Assembly: GCF_037042905.1 (NCBI RefSeq)
Contig: NC_087245.1
Span: 15,192,001-15,256,000 of the forward strand
DNA: 64,000 nt
Direction: 5' to 3'
Origin: Lytechinus pictus
Lineage: Eukaryota
The translations under genes were made by a program, and so were the position numbers. The notes below the pieces were generated by a model. It had not been told where the DNA came from and made no database searches. It saw only the letters and a program-made list of their open reading frames with translations. The first letter of the stretch is position 1. Each line of letters starts with the position of its first letter. This document shows, in pieces, positions 63,397 through 64,000 of this stretch.

Positions 63397-64000
63397 GTAG
63401 GCACATCAATCAAATATTTTCACTAATTCCTGGCTGTGTGACCTCTATCACTGTATACATGCATTTTAACCGTGTTGTTAGTAGAAAAACAGGTGTGTTG
63501 TTGTGACATGGAGATTAGGGATAAAGGTAAAATTTAAAGTTCTCTATAAGACAAATTCGATCTCTGTTTTTATTTTTAATATTTTTGGAAAAAAAGGATT
63601 CTAAGAAAGTGTTGCTCTTGTTGTCAATATCCATGTCAGATATAGTCCTTAAGGTTATTGAGTTTTGTTTAAATTTCATTCTCAAACAAGTTAATTGGAG
63701 AACCTGTACACTATTTCAGTGAACTGTTATTATGGAATATTTCATTAATATTATGAGTAGTGAGAATGGAATGAAACACAAATAAAATGTCATTTCAAAA
63801 GGAGTATTGTCAGAGGAGCGTGTCTGTGAAAGATTTACAGGATGGGAAAAATAGTAAGATAGTTTTAGATTGTAAAGAAAAGACTGTAATCCCATACAGA
63901 GATTGCAGTTTTGTCTCATACATGTAGGTAATGTCATTGAGATACATGGTAAGGACTTGCTCAATTAAATAAAAATAATTTGACAGATTTCTTTTAAACT

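Overview
AT-rich, intron-containing animal genomic DNA; the repeat style suggests a marine invertebrate such as an echinoderm, which is an inference. The window is dominated by one + strand gene for a secreted gel-forming mucin of the VWF/MUC2/MUC5 family. I assembled 32 GT-AG exons by hand from ATG 6163 to TAG 57717. Every splice phase is compatible, giving about 7.9 kb of CDS and about 2640 aa. Domain order: signal peptide, D1, D2, D', D3 (VWD-C8-TIL units), short PTS, D4, large Thr-rich PTS (about 9 x 42 aa), CysD (WxxW), PTS, C-terminal cystine knot. Further mucin exons (CysD, PTS, duplicated CysD) follow the cystine-knot stop codon with no new signal-peptide exon in between, and they are phase-compatible with upstream donors. 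This suggests alternative last exons giving short and long isoforms. Intron 20 holds an 11.2-kb TIR-bounded element with a 2-bp TSD, subterminal satellites, nested MITEs, a SINE and possible antisense exons. Many smaller MITEs are scattered through the window. No rRNA, true tRNA or CRISPR array was seen.
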